Source: Candidatus Hydrogenedentota bacterium (lineage in GTDB: Bacteria > UBA8481 > J006). From it: a DNA stretch of 64,000 bases. This document shows positions 54,001 through 63,393 of this stretch, piece by piece. The notes beneath the pieces are model-generated. The model saw nothing but the letters and a program-made list of their open reading frames with translations. It made no database searches and was not told the DNA's origin. The stretch lies in NCBI GenBank assembly GCA_003697085.1, contig RFFU01000078.1:3152-67151 (forward strand), given 5' to 3'. Made by a program: the position numbers and the translations under genes. Each line of letters begins with the position of its first letter. Position 1 is the stretch's first letter.

Positions 54001-54437
54001 TGTCCCTCCCTCTTCCGACCCGTGATCTCTATTAAACCAACATGCGGATGGAAAAAGTGAGCCGCCCAGAAACCCGGCGTCACTTGCGACGCAAATGGTT
54101 CCGTTACGAGAAAGAACCCCTGCTTCTGAAGCCGCTCCTTATCTCGCGAAAAATCCGTTACCGCGAAGCAAATATGATACAGTTGGCTCTCTCGTGTTTC
54201 AATAAGATTCTCGACCGGATTCCCTTTCTCCGCCGGTTCGACAAGTTCAATCTTGTGGTCAGTCCAGGGTGCTCCAAGATATGTGATGAAAACCTTTTGT
54301 TCTGGCTCAAGCTTCTTGTAAGTCCTTATTTCAGGATAAAAAATCGAAAAAAACCTTATCGCGGCGTCGGTAGAACGCACCGCATAAGCAATATGATCGA
54401 GTTGGCCCCCGGGAAAAATATTTGAAACATCACCCAT
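53997..54437 (-). CDS. VOC-family protein (glyoxalase/methylmalonyl-CoA-epimerase-like)
   Basis: From ORF 53997..54512, trimmed to MGDVSNIFPGGQLDHIAYAV. A second module shows LYHICFAV. This is the paired beta-alpha-beta-beta-beta pattern. Confidence 0.8.
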   Translation of the reverse strand: MGDVSNIFPGGQLDHIAYAVRSTDAAIRFFSIFYPEIRTYKKLEPEQKVFITYLGAPWTDHKIELVEPAEKGNPVENLIETRESQLYHICFAVTDFSRDKERLQKQGFFLVTEPFASQVTPGFWAAHFFHPHVGLIEITGRKREGQ

Positions 54438-54705
54438 GGAAGTTTCGCCCCCAAAGGGAGTCCGCGGTGCCTTCGCCGGTCGTCTCCTTTTTCTCCATCG
54501 CTTCCGAACCACTCACACGATCCTGGCCCAAGAAAACCATCGCCTTCTCCTTCAATTCCTTCCGCCAGCGCGAAAAACGGCATAAACCACGTTGGTGAAC
54601 TTACAGAAACCGATTCGTCTTGTCCACTGCGAAGATTTCGCACGGGACTGTTTCATCGAAAATTCCTCTTGAAGGAAGACAATAGCAGGTCTAGAGTCCG
54701 ACCTT

Positions 54706-55206
54706 ATGGTTCGAAGGCACACCATATCGGTATTGGTGGAAAACCAGCATGGGGTCTTGGCGCGGATCGCGGGGCTCTTCGCCGCCCGCGGATTCAACAT
54801 TGATTCTCTCACCGTCGGAAGAACCAAGGACGATACGCTTTCGCGGATGACAATCGTGGTTCTGGCCGATGACGAGACGCTCGAACAGATCGTCAAACAA
54901 CTCGATCGGCTCGTGACAACCGTCCGCGTCGAGGACTACGTGGGACAGGACATCGTCGAACGGGAACTGATTCTTTTAAAGGTGCAGCCGGAGCCGGAGA
55001 AACGGAACGAGGTCTTCCAGATCGTCGAAATATTCCGCGGAAAGGTCGTCGACCTCAACCCGCGTAATCTCGTGATCGAGATCACCGGTTCCGAGGGAAA
55101 ACTTGCGGCGATCATCGAAGCCCTGAAGCCGTACAATGTTCAAGAACTGGCGCGTTCCGGAAAGATCGCGATGGCGCGGGGAAAGACGCTGAGAGATCCT
55201 CTTTGA
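54706..55206 (+). CDS. ilvN: Acetolactate synthase small (regulatory, ACT-domain) subunit
   Basis: It contains HTISVLVENQHGVLARIAGLFAARGFNIDSLTVG. Confidence 0.92.
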   Translation: MVRRHTISVLVENQHGVLARIAGLFAARGFNIDSLTVGRTKDDTLSRMTIVVLADDETLEQIVKQLDRLVTTVRVEDYVGQDIVERELILLKVQPEPEKRNEVFQIVEIFRGKVVDLNPRNLVIEITGSEGKLAAIIEALKPYNVQELARSGKIAMARGKTLRDPL

Positions 55207-55335
55207 ACAGGGGCGGAGAAACGCGCGCGAGAGGCGGCATGGAGGGGAGAAGGAAGAGAACATAAGGAAGCCAAGTTTTTAGGATGCGGAAAGTCGCATC
55301 CGATGAATTTGAAAGATTATTGAGGAGGCGAAGGA

Positions 55336-56334
55336 ATGGCCAGGATTTATTACGAAAAGGATGCGGATTTGCGTCTGATTCGCAAGCGGACGGTTGCGGT
55401 TTTGGGGTACGGCTCGCAGGGGCACGCGCACGCGCTCAACCTGCGCGACTCCGGCGTCGATGTGATCGTGGCGCAGAGAAAGGGTTCGGAGAATTACCGC
55501 CGAGCGGTGAAGGACGGCTTCAAGCCGGTCAGTGTCGCGGAAGCCTCGGAAAGGGCCGATGTGATCATGGTCCTCCTTCCGGACGAGGTACAAGCCGCGG
55601 TGTATCGCGAGGACATTTTGCCGCATCTCTCTCCGGGGAAAACGTTGGGATTCGGCCATGGATTCAACATTCGGTTCGGTCTGATCGACCCTCCGAAGGG
55701 CGTCAACGTTTTTCTGATGGCTCCAAAAGCGCCGGGACACCTGGTCCGGAGAACGTTTGCTGACGGCAAAGGCGTCCCGATGCTCGTCGCGGTCGAACGG
55801 GATCCGTCACGGACGACTTTGCGGCTGGCTCTCTCCTACGCCAAGGCGATCGGCGGGACACGGGCCGGCGTCATCAAGACGACCTTCGCCGAGGAAACGG
55901 AGACGGATCTTTTCGGCGAACAAGTGGTTCTGTGCGGCGGAATCACGGCCCTGATAAAGAGCTCCTTTGATACGCTCGTGGAAGCCGGGTATCAACCGGA
56001 GGTGGCCTATTTCGAATGCTGCCACGAGATGAAATTGATCGTGGACATGATCAACGAGGGGGGACTCCAATGGATGCGCTACTCGATCTCGGATACCGCG
56101 GAATATGGCGATTATACGCGAGGTCCTCGGATCATCACGGACCGCACGCGCCGGGAGATGAAGAAAATTCTCCGGGACGTTCAGTCAGGAAAGTTTGCAA
56201 AGGAGTGGGTCAGGGAAGCCACTGTCAACAAGAAACGCAACTTTCACAAGATGCGAAAGGCCGCCGAGAAGGAATTGATCGAACGCGTGGGAGCGAAGCT
56301 GCGCAAGATGATGGCGTGGTTGAAGAAGGGATAG
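55336..56334 (+). CDS. ilvC: Ketol-acid reductoisomerase (class I)
   Basis: It contains [19 protein letters not shown]. The protein is 332 aa. Confidence 0.95.
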   Translation: MARIYYEKDADLRLIRKRTVAVLGYGSQGHAHALNLRDSGVDVIVAQRKGSENYRRAVKDGFKPVSVAEASERADVIMVLLPDEVQAAVYREDILPHLSPGKTLGFGHGFNIRFGLIDPPKGVNVFLMAPKAPGHLVRRTFADGKGVPMLVAVERDPSRTTLRLALSYAKAIGGTRAGVIKTTFAEETETDLFGEQVVLCGGITALIKSSFDTLVEAGYQPEVAYFECCHEMKLIVDMINEGGLQWMRYSISDTAEYGDYTRGPRIITDRTRREMKKILRDVQSGKFAKEWVREATVNKKRNFHKMRKAAEKELIERVGAKLRKMMAWLKKG

Positions 56335-56344
56335 AAGCCCGTCG

Positions 56345-57232
56345 TTACTCCACGGTCGTGTCGCGAAGTCCTCGAACGTAGTTCTTCTGCTCCTTCGAAA
56401 GCGGCATCAGAGGGGGACGAACCGTTCCGAGCGGGATTCCTTCGAGTGTAAGCCAGTATTTCATCGCGGCGGCGGTCGGAAGAATTTTAAGGCGTTCTTT
56501 TACAAGCGCCACTCTCTTTTGAAGTACCGCGGCGGCTGATTCGTCCTCCTCGTATTTCTCGATGATCTCCCGAATACGCGTTCCCTGGATGTTTGCTCCC
56601 GCCGAGATGATCCCCTGAACCCCCAACTTCAGACCGCTCAGAATCATCGTATCCGAACCGAGAAGAACGCGTCCCGGAGGCGCGGCAAGATAACGGGCGG
56701 TTTGGCGGAGATTCCCTCCGGTATCCTTGATCCCCCACAGGCTTTCGAAGCGTGTCAAGCGCTCCAACAACGGTCGCGAGAGGGGAATCGCCGTATACAT
56801 CGGCACGTGGTAGAGAATGACCGGGAGCCCGGCCTCCTCGAGGAAGGACGCGAAGAAACGTTCCAATCCGTCATCCTTGATGGTGCGGAAATAATACGGC
56901 GGAGGAAGAAGAAGGGCATCGGCACCTTTTCTTCGCGCGTATTCCGCCAGAGCAAGGGACTCCCACAGTGCCGTAGAACCGCATCCGGCTATCACCTTCA
57001 ATCCTGCTCGACACATCATCACTTCATCCAAAATCGAACACTTCTCATCGAAGGTGAGAGAAGGAAATTCTCCCGTGCTGCCCAAGACCAAAACGCCATC
57101 GATTCCCCTCTCCTCGAGAAACGAAAGGTAAGGCCCCAACGCACCTTGGATCACGTTTCCGTCTTCGTCGAAAGGCGTCAGAAGCGCCGTGATCAGCGGT
57201 TTCGACCCCTCGCGGCTCCATTCTTCCAGCAT
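56345..57232 (-). CDS. DapA/NAL-family class I aldolase (dihydrodipicolinate synthase family)
   Basis: Motifs seen: GSTGEFPSLT, YHVPMYT and GIKDTGGN (the Schiff-base Lys). The substrate cannot be assigned. Confidence 0.85.
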   Translation of the reverse strand: MLEEWSREGSKPLITALLTPFDEDGNVIQGALGPYLSFLEERGIDGVLVLGSTGEFPSLTFDEKCSILDEVMMCRAGLKVIAGCGSTALWESLALAEYARRKGADALLLPPPYYFRTIKDDGLERFFASFLEEAGLPVILYHVPMYTAIPLSRPLLERLTRFESLWGIKDTGGNLRQTARYLAAPPGRVLLGSDTMILSGLKLGVQGIISAGANIQGTRIREIIEKYEEDESAAAVLQKRVALVKERLKILPTAAAMKYWLTLEGIPLGTVRPPLMPLSKEQKNYVRGLRDTTVE

Positions 57233-57384
57233 TTCACGTCCTCATTCATCGAAACGATTTTCTCTTTCGGAAGAAGAAGCATACACGAAATCGAAAGAAC
57301 CTTGTGGAAAAAAGGGGGCTTGGCGTCCGGCGGCCCGTAGAATTGTCTCCTCTCACTTCGACAAGACCGTATTCTACAAAGCCG

Positions 57385-59049
57385 TCATCCAAAGACGACC
57401 CAGCGCCAAAGGTGCGGCACCGAGAGGAAAATCCAGTCCCACAGAAGTTGGACGCCGAGAAGAAGTGAAAAGATTCGTTCTCCACGCCTCGTTCCGCAAA
57501 ACACCTTCACTTTCACGGCCCAAAAAGGAATCCACAAGGGAAGAACGGGAATGAGGTATCTCAGATGCGGCCAGGAATCGAAGGTGTGGGGATAGGTGAT
57601 AATCACCGCAAGGTAGAGCAGGGATATCCAGAGGAAGGAGCGCACCAGGCGCCGCTCCTCATTCCGGCATCGTGATTCCCCCGCTATCCTCCGGCGTCGC
57701 CAGGGAAACAAGAGAACGAGCCAGGGGGGAAGATGGACGAAGAGCCCGATCTCGACGGAAAAGAGGTGGGCGTAGATCGCGCGGACCCATCGAGTCGGCT
57801 CCCAGAAATGCACTCCCTTGAGGCCGTAGGCGTGCGGGAGATGGTGGGGAAAGGAAAAACCAAATATCGCCGCCAAGCCCAAGAACGACGGAACCGCCCC
57901 GAGACCGAGTCCGGCCAGAACCCGGCGGCGCTTCCGAGAGAACCAGAAGAACGCAATCAGAAACGGCAATCCCACGAGCCCGAGGCGTTCGTGAAAGATT
58001 GGTGTGACCGTTGCCAGAAAGCTGCCTGGAAAGGGATCGGCATTGGTCCGAATAATTCGTTCGAGTGCGAACATCAAGGCGGGGACAATCGCGAAAAAAA
58101 GGCCTTCCGGTTGGGTATTCGTCGTGTAATAGAGAAAGGGGGTCATGGAACCGACCGCGATGAATACGGGGAGCGAAAAAAGATCCAATTCAACAAGCAT
58201 TTTCGTCAGGAAGAAGATTCCGATTGCGTAGGAAAACAGCGTGGGAAGATAGGCGATCCACCATCGGACCATCGGCACGGGAACGTGGGAGGCAACCGCG
58301 ACGAAGGGAGCCAACAGCAGGGGGTATCCGAAGGGACGTTTCGACCAAAGATAAATCGGCGTGCCTCTTTCGAGGTTGAAGGTGTACCACGTGAACGAAG
58401 ACGGGATCTTGCCGAAGTAGAATTCTGTCATTTTTCCTTCCCTTGTCACTCCATCGACACGCGGAACGCCGTGGTCGGCGATTCCCAGCGCTGCCGCCAC
58501 ATAATCTCCCTCGTCGGATTCGTTCGGCGGCTGCGTCGAGACCGCGAACGAAAGGAGAAAGACACCGAAAAAGAGGGCGGAGATAAGGCGCTTGGCGTCA
58601 GGCCTTGTTGTTTCTCGAAGGGTATGCTTCATAAGAAGCGCGGTGGCTGTTCCCGTTCCGAAAATCCACGCGGCGGAGAGGAAATGCTTGGCTGGTCCCA
58701 GCGGCGTCCCCGTCATCCCGTACCGTCCCTCGGGAAAAAGAAAAATCCCCCAAGGAAGAAGCACCGCCCCCCACGGCAGCCATGCTTCGATCATATTTTC
58801 CGTCTCCGCCTTGAAAAGCCACGCGAGCAAGGCGGTCCAAAGGATTGAGAGGCAGAAGCCGCCGGACGCGAGAATGGTTCCGGCGCGGATCATTATCTTC
58901 GTGGGAACCGCCGTGGGATGAGAACAGACGTGGCCCGCGGCAAGGGGAAGATAGAGAGCAAGCAAGAGTCCGGCCGTCAACCCCGGCAGGCCGCGATTAA
59001 GAAGGCGTTTCAAACTATTCTTTCCTGTCTCGCTGTTATCGAGAAACAT
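57385..59049 (-). CDS. GT-C-type (PMT_2/ArnT-like) membrane glycosyltransferase
   Basis: From ORF 57385..59364, trimmed to MFLDNSETGKNSLKRLL because the longer version overlaps a credible divergent gene. A first-loop motif, NESDEGDYVAAALGIADHG, is present. The protein is polytopic. Confidence 0.65.
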   Translation of the reverse strand: MFLDNSETGKNSLKRLLNRGLPGLTAGLLLALYLPLAAGHVCSHPTAVPTKIMIRAGTILASGGFCLSILWTALLAWLFKAETENMIEAWLPWGAVLLPWGIFLFPEGRYGMTGTPLGPAKHFLSAAWIFGTGTATALLMKHTLRETTRPDAKRLISALFFGVFLLSFAVSTQPPNESDEGDYVAAALGIADHGVPRVDGVTREGKMTEFYFGKIPSSFTWYTFNLERGTPIYLWSKRPFGYPLLLAPFVAVASHVPVPMVRWWIAYLPTLFSYAIGIFFLTKMLVELDLFSLPVFIAVGSMTPFLYYTTNTQPEGLFFAIVPALMFALERIIRTNADPFPGSFLATVTPIFHERLGLVGLPFLIAFFWFSRKRRRVLAGLGLGAVPSFLGLAAIFGFSFPHHLPHAYGLKGVHFWEPTRWVRAIYAHLFSVEIGLFVHLPPWLVLLFPWRRRRIAGESRCRNEERRLVRSFLWISLLYLAVIITYPHTFDSWPHLRYLIPVLPLWIPFWAVKVKVFCGTRRGERIFSLLLGVQLLWDWIFLSVPHLWRWVVFG

Positions 59050-59217
59050 CTTTGTATCCGGAGTGTGGGCTGCCGGACTTCGAAACTCGATGGAGTCTGC
59101 CGAAATCTCTCGAAAAATTTTTTCCCCCCGAACCTCTTTGCTTGATCCCGGTTTTCGTTTCTCCCCTTCGGAATCTTTCCCTTTGGAAATTTTTTTTGGC
59201 AAAATAGGGATTCTGAA

Positions 59218-59592
59218 ATGGAACAGAGGACTCCAAAAGAGGGGCGCGTTCCCGTGGCCGTTTACGATGGCCGCTGCGGGCTCTGCAGGAACTTCGCGGC
59301 ATTGTTGCGGAAGCAGATTCCACTCGAGGATCTCGATGTTGTCCCCTGTGGGTCGCCTCTCCAAAAGAAGCTGGCGCCCGAGGCGAACGAAGCCTGCCGA
59401 ACATCATTCGTGATTGTTGAGCCCGACGGTCGCGTTCTCTCGGGAGGAGACGCGGCGGCGCGCGCCGTGGCGATGGCACCCCGCCTGAAGCCGTTCCGTT
59501 GGATGATCGACAGCCGCGCGGGACGAAGCGTCGCCCGGCGCGTCTATCGGGGAACGCAATGGTTGCGCCGCCGACGGCGCTGTTGTGAATAA
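59218..59592 (+). CDS. DCC-family thiol-disulfide oxidoreductase (DUF393)
   Basis: It contains VAVYDGRCGLCRNFAALLRK. Confidence 0.75.
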   Translation: MEQRTPKEGRVPVAVYDGRCGLCRNFAALLRKQIPLEDLDVVPCGSPLQKKLAPEANEACRTSFVIVEPDGRVLSGGDAAARAVAMAPRLKPFRWMIDSRAGRSVARRVYRGTQWLRRRRRCCE

Positions 59593-59637
59593 CATCGGGA
59601 AAGAACACCTGGAGTTCGGGAGATAAAACCGAAAAAC

Positions 59638-60504
59638 TCACTCCCCATTTCGGCCGCTCTCCGCGCCCGAAATCGCCCCCGCAAGCCCCCATAGTCCGCA
59701 GAAAAGGACGACGGTTGCGGCCGCCGGGGTGACGTCGAGACGGAGGCTCGACAAGAACGGTGTTCCTCGGGAATAGATTTTGAAAAGCAGATAGGCCAGA
59801 AGTAAACCGAATTCGGAGCCGAGAATTCCGATCAAGGCACCCTCGCCGATCAGCGGACCCCGAACGGCGAGCTCGCTTCCCCCGAGAGAGCGGATCACGG
59901 CGATCACCGAACTCCGTAACGCGAAACGGAGTCTTCCGGCTATCAAGATCACCACGAGAAGTCCGGCGACCCACACAATGCGTACGATGCCCAAAACGGA
60001 GGAAAAGCGCCGACGGTCCCGCTCGGCCCGAAGATAACCGCGCCGAGCATAGATCACTTCACGAACTCCCGGTCCGGATTGCAACAGGGAAGCAATGCGC
60101 TCGGGGGAACATGCGCCAGCATCGATCGCCATCTCGATGAACGGCGGAACGGCGGGAGCATCAACGGCGTTTTCGATCCCCTGCGCGACGCTGTCACCCG
60201 CCACTTCCCGGAAGAAGGCAAACGTCTGGGCGCTCGAAAAATATTCGATCGACTCGACACAAGGGAGGCTGGAGACACGGGACGAAACGGGGACGGCGTC
60301 CTCTTCTCCCTCGAGAACGATTTCCAACTCGAATCCCTTCATTCGTTCGGTGAGTCGGCGGTCGACTTCCGCGGAGACGATGAGCAACGTCACGGTTGCG
60401 AGGGAAAGAACGGCGGTCAGAAGAACAACCCCGACGAAGGCCGCGGGATTTTCCTTCACGGACTGGAAAATCTCGCGAGCCGTAAAGCGAAGCAAGCGCA
60501 TCAC
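59638..60504 (-). CDS. ftsX: FtsX-like ABC permease
   Basis: The topology is an N-terminal TM helix, a periplasmic domain of about 100 aa, then three C-terminal TM helices. It is coupled to the upstream ATPase by ATGA. Confidence 0.75.
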   Translation of the reverse strand: MMRLLRFTAREIFQSVKENPAAFVGVVLLTAVLSLATVTLLIVSAEVDRRLTERMKGFELEIVLEGEEDAVPVSSRVSSLPCVESIEYFSSAQTFAFFREVAGDSVAQGIENAVDAPAVPPFIEMAIDAGACSPERIASLLQSGPGVREVIYARRGYLRAERDRRRFSSVLGIVRIVWVAGLLVVILIAGRLRFALRSSVIAVIRSLGGSELAVRGPLIGEGALIGILGSEFGLLLAYLLFKIYSRGTPFLSSLRLDVTPAAATVVLFCGLWGLAGAISGAESGRNGE

Positions 60505-61262
60505 GGTATTTCTCCTCGGCCGTCTCCCGCCTCGGTTACGCTTCTATAAACCTCGCCGTTCTCGATATATAACCGTATTCCCTCCAGAGCCTCGACCTTT
60601 TCCGGATCGCTCAAGGCCACCACGATCTCCCTTCCTGCTTCCCGCAGAGCGAGAATTCGCTGAAGGATGAGGCGGCCTTCCGCGGGAGCGAGTCCCAGGA
60701 AAGGCTCGTCGAGAACGAGCATAGGGTAGGGCAACGCGGTCACGAGAAAGACGGCCGCCAACCTCTGCTCGCGATAGGAGAAGGCGCCAAGCGGCCTTCG
60801 AGAGCCGAGATCGAGCCCGAAGGTTTCCGCTGCTTCCTTCACACCATCGTCTTTCAGTCTTTTTTCGCCGAGACCGAGGAGTCGGCCGCGAAAGAGAAGA
60901 TTTTCCCTCAGCGTTCGTTCCGGGAGGAAGCCTCCCGTTTGCGGCAGATACCCCACGACTTTCCGAAGCCGTCTGTTTCGAAAAATCCCCCTGCCCGGTC
61001 CGATGCGGAATTGCATAACCTTGACATCTCCCGATAAATGGGGCCACCTCCCGGAAAGCGTACGGAGAAAGAGGCTCTTTCCGGACCCTCGAGGACCGTG
61101 AAGAAGCACCACACGGCCGACCTCGATTCCCAGGACAATCCGTTGAAGAACAGGAACGCGATGGCGGCGATCGGAATAGATCGTCACGCCGGAGAAAGAA
61201 AAAAGCCTGATCTGAATCCGCGGCGGCACCACGCAAACCCTTTCCACCTGTTCGTACCTCAT
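60501..61262 (-). CDS. ftsE: FtsE-like ABC ATPase with degenerate signature and H-loop
   Basis: Walker A is GPRGSGKS, the Q-loop is LPQ, and Walker B is MLVLDEP. FSYREQRL replaces LSGGQ, and IVVALSD replaces the TH(D) switch. Confidence 0.7.
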   Translation of the reverse strand: MRYEQVERVCVVPPRIQIRLFSFSGVTIYSDRRHRVPVLQRIVLGIEVGRVVLLHGPRGSGKSLFLRTLSGRWPHLSGDVKVMQFRIGPGRGIFRNRRLRKVVGYLPQTGGFLPERTLRENLLFRGRLLGLGEKRLKDDGVKEAAETFGLDLGSRRPLGAFSYREQRLAAVFLVTALPYPMLVLDEPFLGLAPAEGRLILQRILALREAGREIVVALSDPEKVEALEGIRLYIENGEVYRSVTEAGDGRGEIP

Positions 61263-62035
61263 CGGGGATCCCCGGCGCGGCTCGTCCGAAATTTCTCGAC
61301 GAGGCTCTTTACCTCGCCGAATCGCCGGACATGGCGGAGAAAAGCGCCACCGATCAGAACGGCGTCGGCCCGCTGCGGCAGATCCTCCGGGCTTTCATAG
61401 CCTGACTCGGCGACAAGAAGGTAGCCGGCAGGAACATCCCGCGCCAGTTCCCGCGCTCGATTTGCATCGGTTTCGTACGAAGGACTCGAAAGATCGCGAT
61501 TGTTGATCCCGACGATCTCGGTGTTTCGTGGAAGGCGTTTCAGGTCCTCGGCCGAATGGATCTCGACGAGAACATCGAGTTGCGCGTCGCGTGCCTCGTC
61601 CAAGAGGGCTTCTAGGACCGCGTCCTCGAGAAAAGCGACGATGACGAGAACGGCGTCGGCTCCGAGCACTACGGATTCGCGGATCTGTTCGGGCGCGAGG
61701 AGAAAATCCTTGCGGAGAACGGGCAGCGACGTCTTCGCCGCCAGGTCTTCGAATTCCTCCGGGCTCATTCCAAAATGTCGATCCGAGAGGATCGAAAGGG
61801 CGTCGACTCCGGCCGCCTCGTATGCCTCCAACACCGGCCTCGGCTCGACCTCAAAGGAACCGGTGGACGGAGAGGAACGTTTGATCTCGGCGATGATGGA
61901 AAGACCGTCACGTGCCAACGCCTTCCGAAAGGAATATCGCCCCCGCCTCCGAGAACGCTTTTCCCACGGGCGCTCCTTCCGAAGACGTTCCACCTCCGCC
62001 TGTTTGGCCTCGAGGATTGTCTCGACGGAAATCAT
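61259..62035 (-). CDS. trpC: Indole-3-glycerol-phosphate synthase
   Basis: Motifs seen: IAEIKRSSPSTG, VLRKDFLL and VGINNRDL. Confidence 0.92.
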   Translation of the reverse strand: MISVETILEAKQAEVERLRKERPWEKRSRRRGRYSFRKALARDGLSIIAEIKRSSPSTGSFEVEPRPVLEAYEAAGVDALSILSDRHFGMSPEEFEDLAAKTSLPVLRKDFLLAPEQIRESVVLGADAVLVIVAFLEDAVLEALLDEARDAQLDVLVEIHSAEDLKRLPRNTEIVGINNRDLSSPSYETDANRARELARDVPAGYLLVAESGYESPEDLPQRADAVLIGGAFLRHVRRFGEVKSLVEKFRTSRAGDPR

Positions 62036-63393
62036 CTTTCCTCCATCTGTACCAGCGTTTTTGTCACGCCGCGGATGAGAACATCAGAGTATTTCCAAAG
62101 GCAGCCAAATGCCAGCGCAACAAGACTCGTTCCCGCAAAGGATACGACGTAATGAAGAGACGGCGGGGTTATCGCCGGCAGAAAATCCGGATAACCTTCG
62201 AGGAGAATTCCGAAGGAAAAGAGGGCCCACGTCACTTTCATAGTGCCAAGTCCGTAGTTGAAGAGCACCGGTGGCAGCGACAGGAAGACGATGCTGTCGA
62301 GGAGAAGAATCGCCGTTGTTGCCATTGAAGAAAAACGGGGAAAGGGGAGAAAGGGAGCCGGTTGCAGGAGAAAAAGCACGAGCAGGACAAAGGTCGCCGA
62401 AGCAACAGCCACAACGAACATCACCATCACCTGAATAACGGGAAATCCCCATCGCAGATATTGTCGCAGGATGAAGAGGGAGGCGAGGACGAGCGTGCCG
62501 CGGGAGAAGAGACGAAGAGTGGGGATAATCGTGGGATTCGCGAAGACCGGACCGAAGACTTGGTTTACGGAACCGGCCAGAAAAGAGGCCAGCAAAAGCA
62601 CGAGGAACATCCGCATACTTCGGGAGTCGAAGTGATTCAGGAGAAGAATAAGGAGAAAGACGGTAAGAAGAGAGACTCCGGAGAGGGCAATCCGAGCCAA
62701 GGTCAAGAAATACGGTATCGGAAGAAACGGAGGCACCGCGCTGAAGAGCACAACGAGAAAGAGGCCCCGCCGGACGAAGACCCGCACCTCCGAATAGGTA
62801 AATTCGTGCTCGGGATCCGACCGAAGGTGAAGCCCCGCCAGAAAGAAGAGTTCGAAGGCGGAAAGAGCCAAGGTGGGAAGCGCGAGGGAGAGCGCGGTTT
62901 TTTGTTCGAGAAAGGCAAAAAGGAGAAGGAAAAAGAGGCTTGGCGCGGTTCCTAGAACGATGACCCGCGTTCGGACGATGACGTCGATATCGCGTGACCG
63001 TCCCGGCGCGCCTGCAAGTATGAGCGGAACGAGGAACCCGAAGAATCCGGCAAGAAAGAGTCCGTAACGAGGAAAGAGGGCGAAGACGGAAAGGAGATAC
63101 CACGAATTCCTCCACCGGCCCGTTCGGAAATAAGAGGCCAGAGCGACACAGAAAGAGAGCCCCAAACCCAAGGGAAGAGCGATAACCGGTGAAAACCAGG
63201 AGGGAAGCAATGATTCCGTAAATCGTGAAAAAGCGGCGGAAAAAAGAAGGAGGATTTTGAAGAGAAGGAAGGTCCAGGTTTGAGCCAGAAGGACGGCGCG
63301 AGTCCGGCGGGCGGTCGTTCCGTGATGGCGCAGAATTCCGAAAAGGTAGATCGTGACGGCGAGATTGACGATGAGAAGAAGAACGAGATCCAT
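62032..63393 (-). CDS. Hypothetical polytopic membrane protein (12 or more TM helices)
   Basis: From ORF 62032..63612, trimmed to MDLVLLLIVNLAVTIYLFG at 63393 (TGATG overlap with the upstream gene). Its stop overlaps the trpC start. I recognise no family. Confidence 0.55.
   Translation of the reverse strand: MDLVLLLIVNLAVTIYLFGILRHHGTTARRTRAVLLAQTWTFLLFKILLLFSAAFSRFTESLLPSWFSPVIALPLGLGLSFCVALASYFRTGRWRNSWYLLSVFALFPRYGLFLAGFFGFLVPLILAGAPGRSRDIDVIVRTRVIVLGTAPSLFFLLLFAFLEQKTALSLALPTLALSAFELFFLAGLHLRSDPEHEFTYSEVRVFVRRGLFLVVLFSAVPPFLPIPYFLTLARIALSGVSLLTVFLLILLLNHFDSRSMRMFLVLLLASFLAGSVNQVFGPVFANPTIIPTLRLFSRGTLVLASLFILRQYLRWGFPVIQVMVMFVVAVASATFVLLVLFLLQPAPFLPFPRFSSMATTAILLLDSIVFLSLPPVLFNYGLGTMKVTWALFSFGILLEGYPDFLPAITPPSLHYVVSFAGTSLVALAFGCLWKYSDVLIRGVTKTLVQMEER

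Noticed and set aside
57733-58848. A 371-aa ORF on the plus strand
   Set aside because: It is antisense to the GT-C-like membrane protein. It is highly basic (Arg/Lys/Gly/Glu) and low in complexity.
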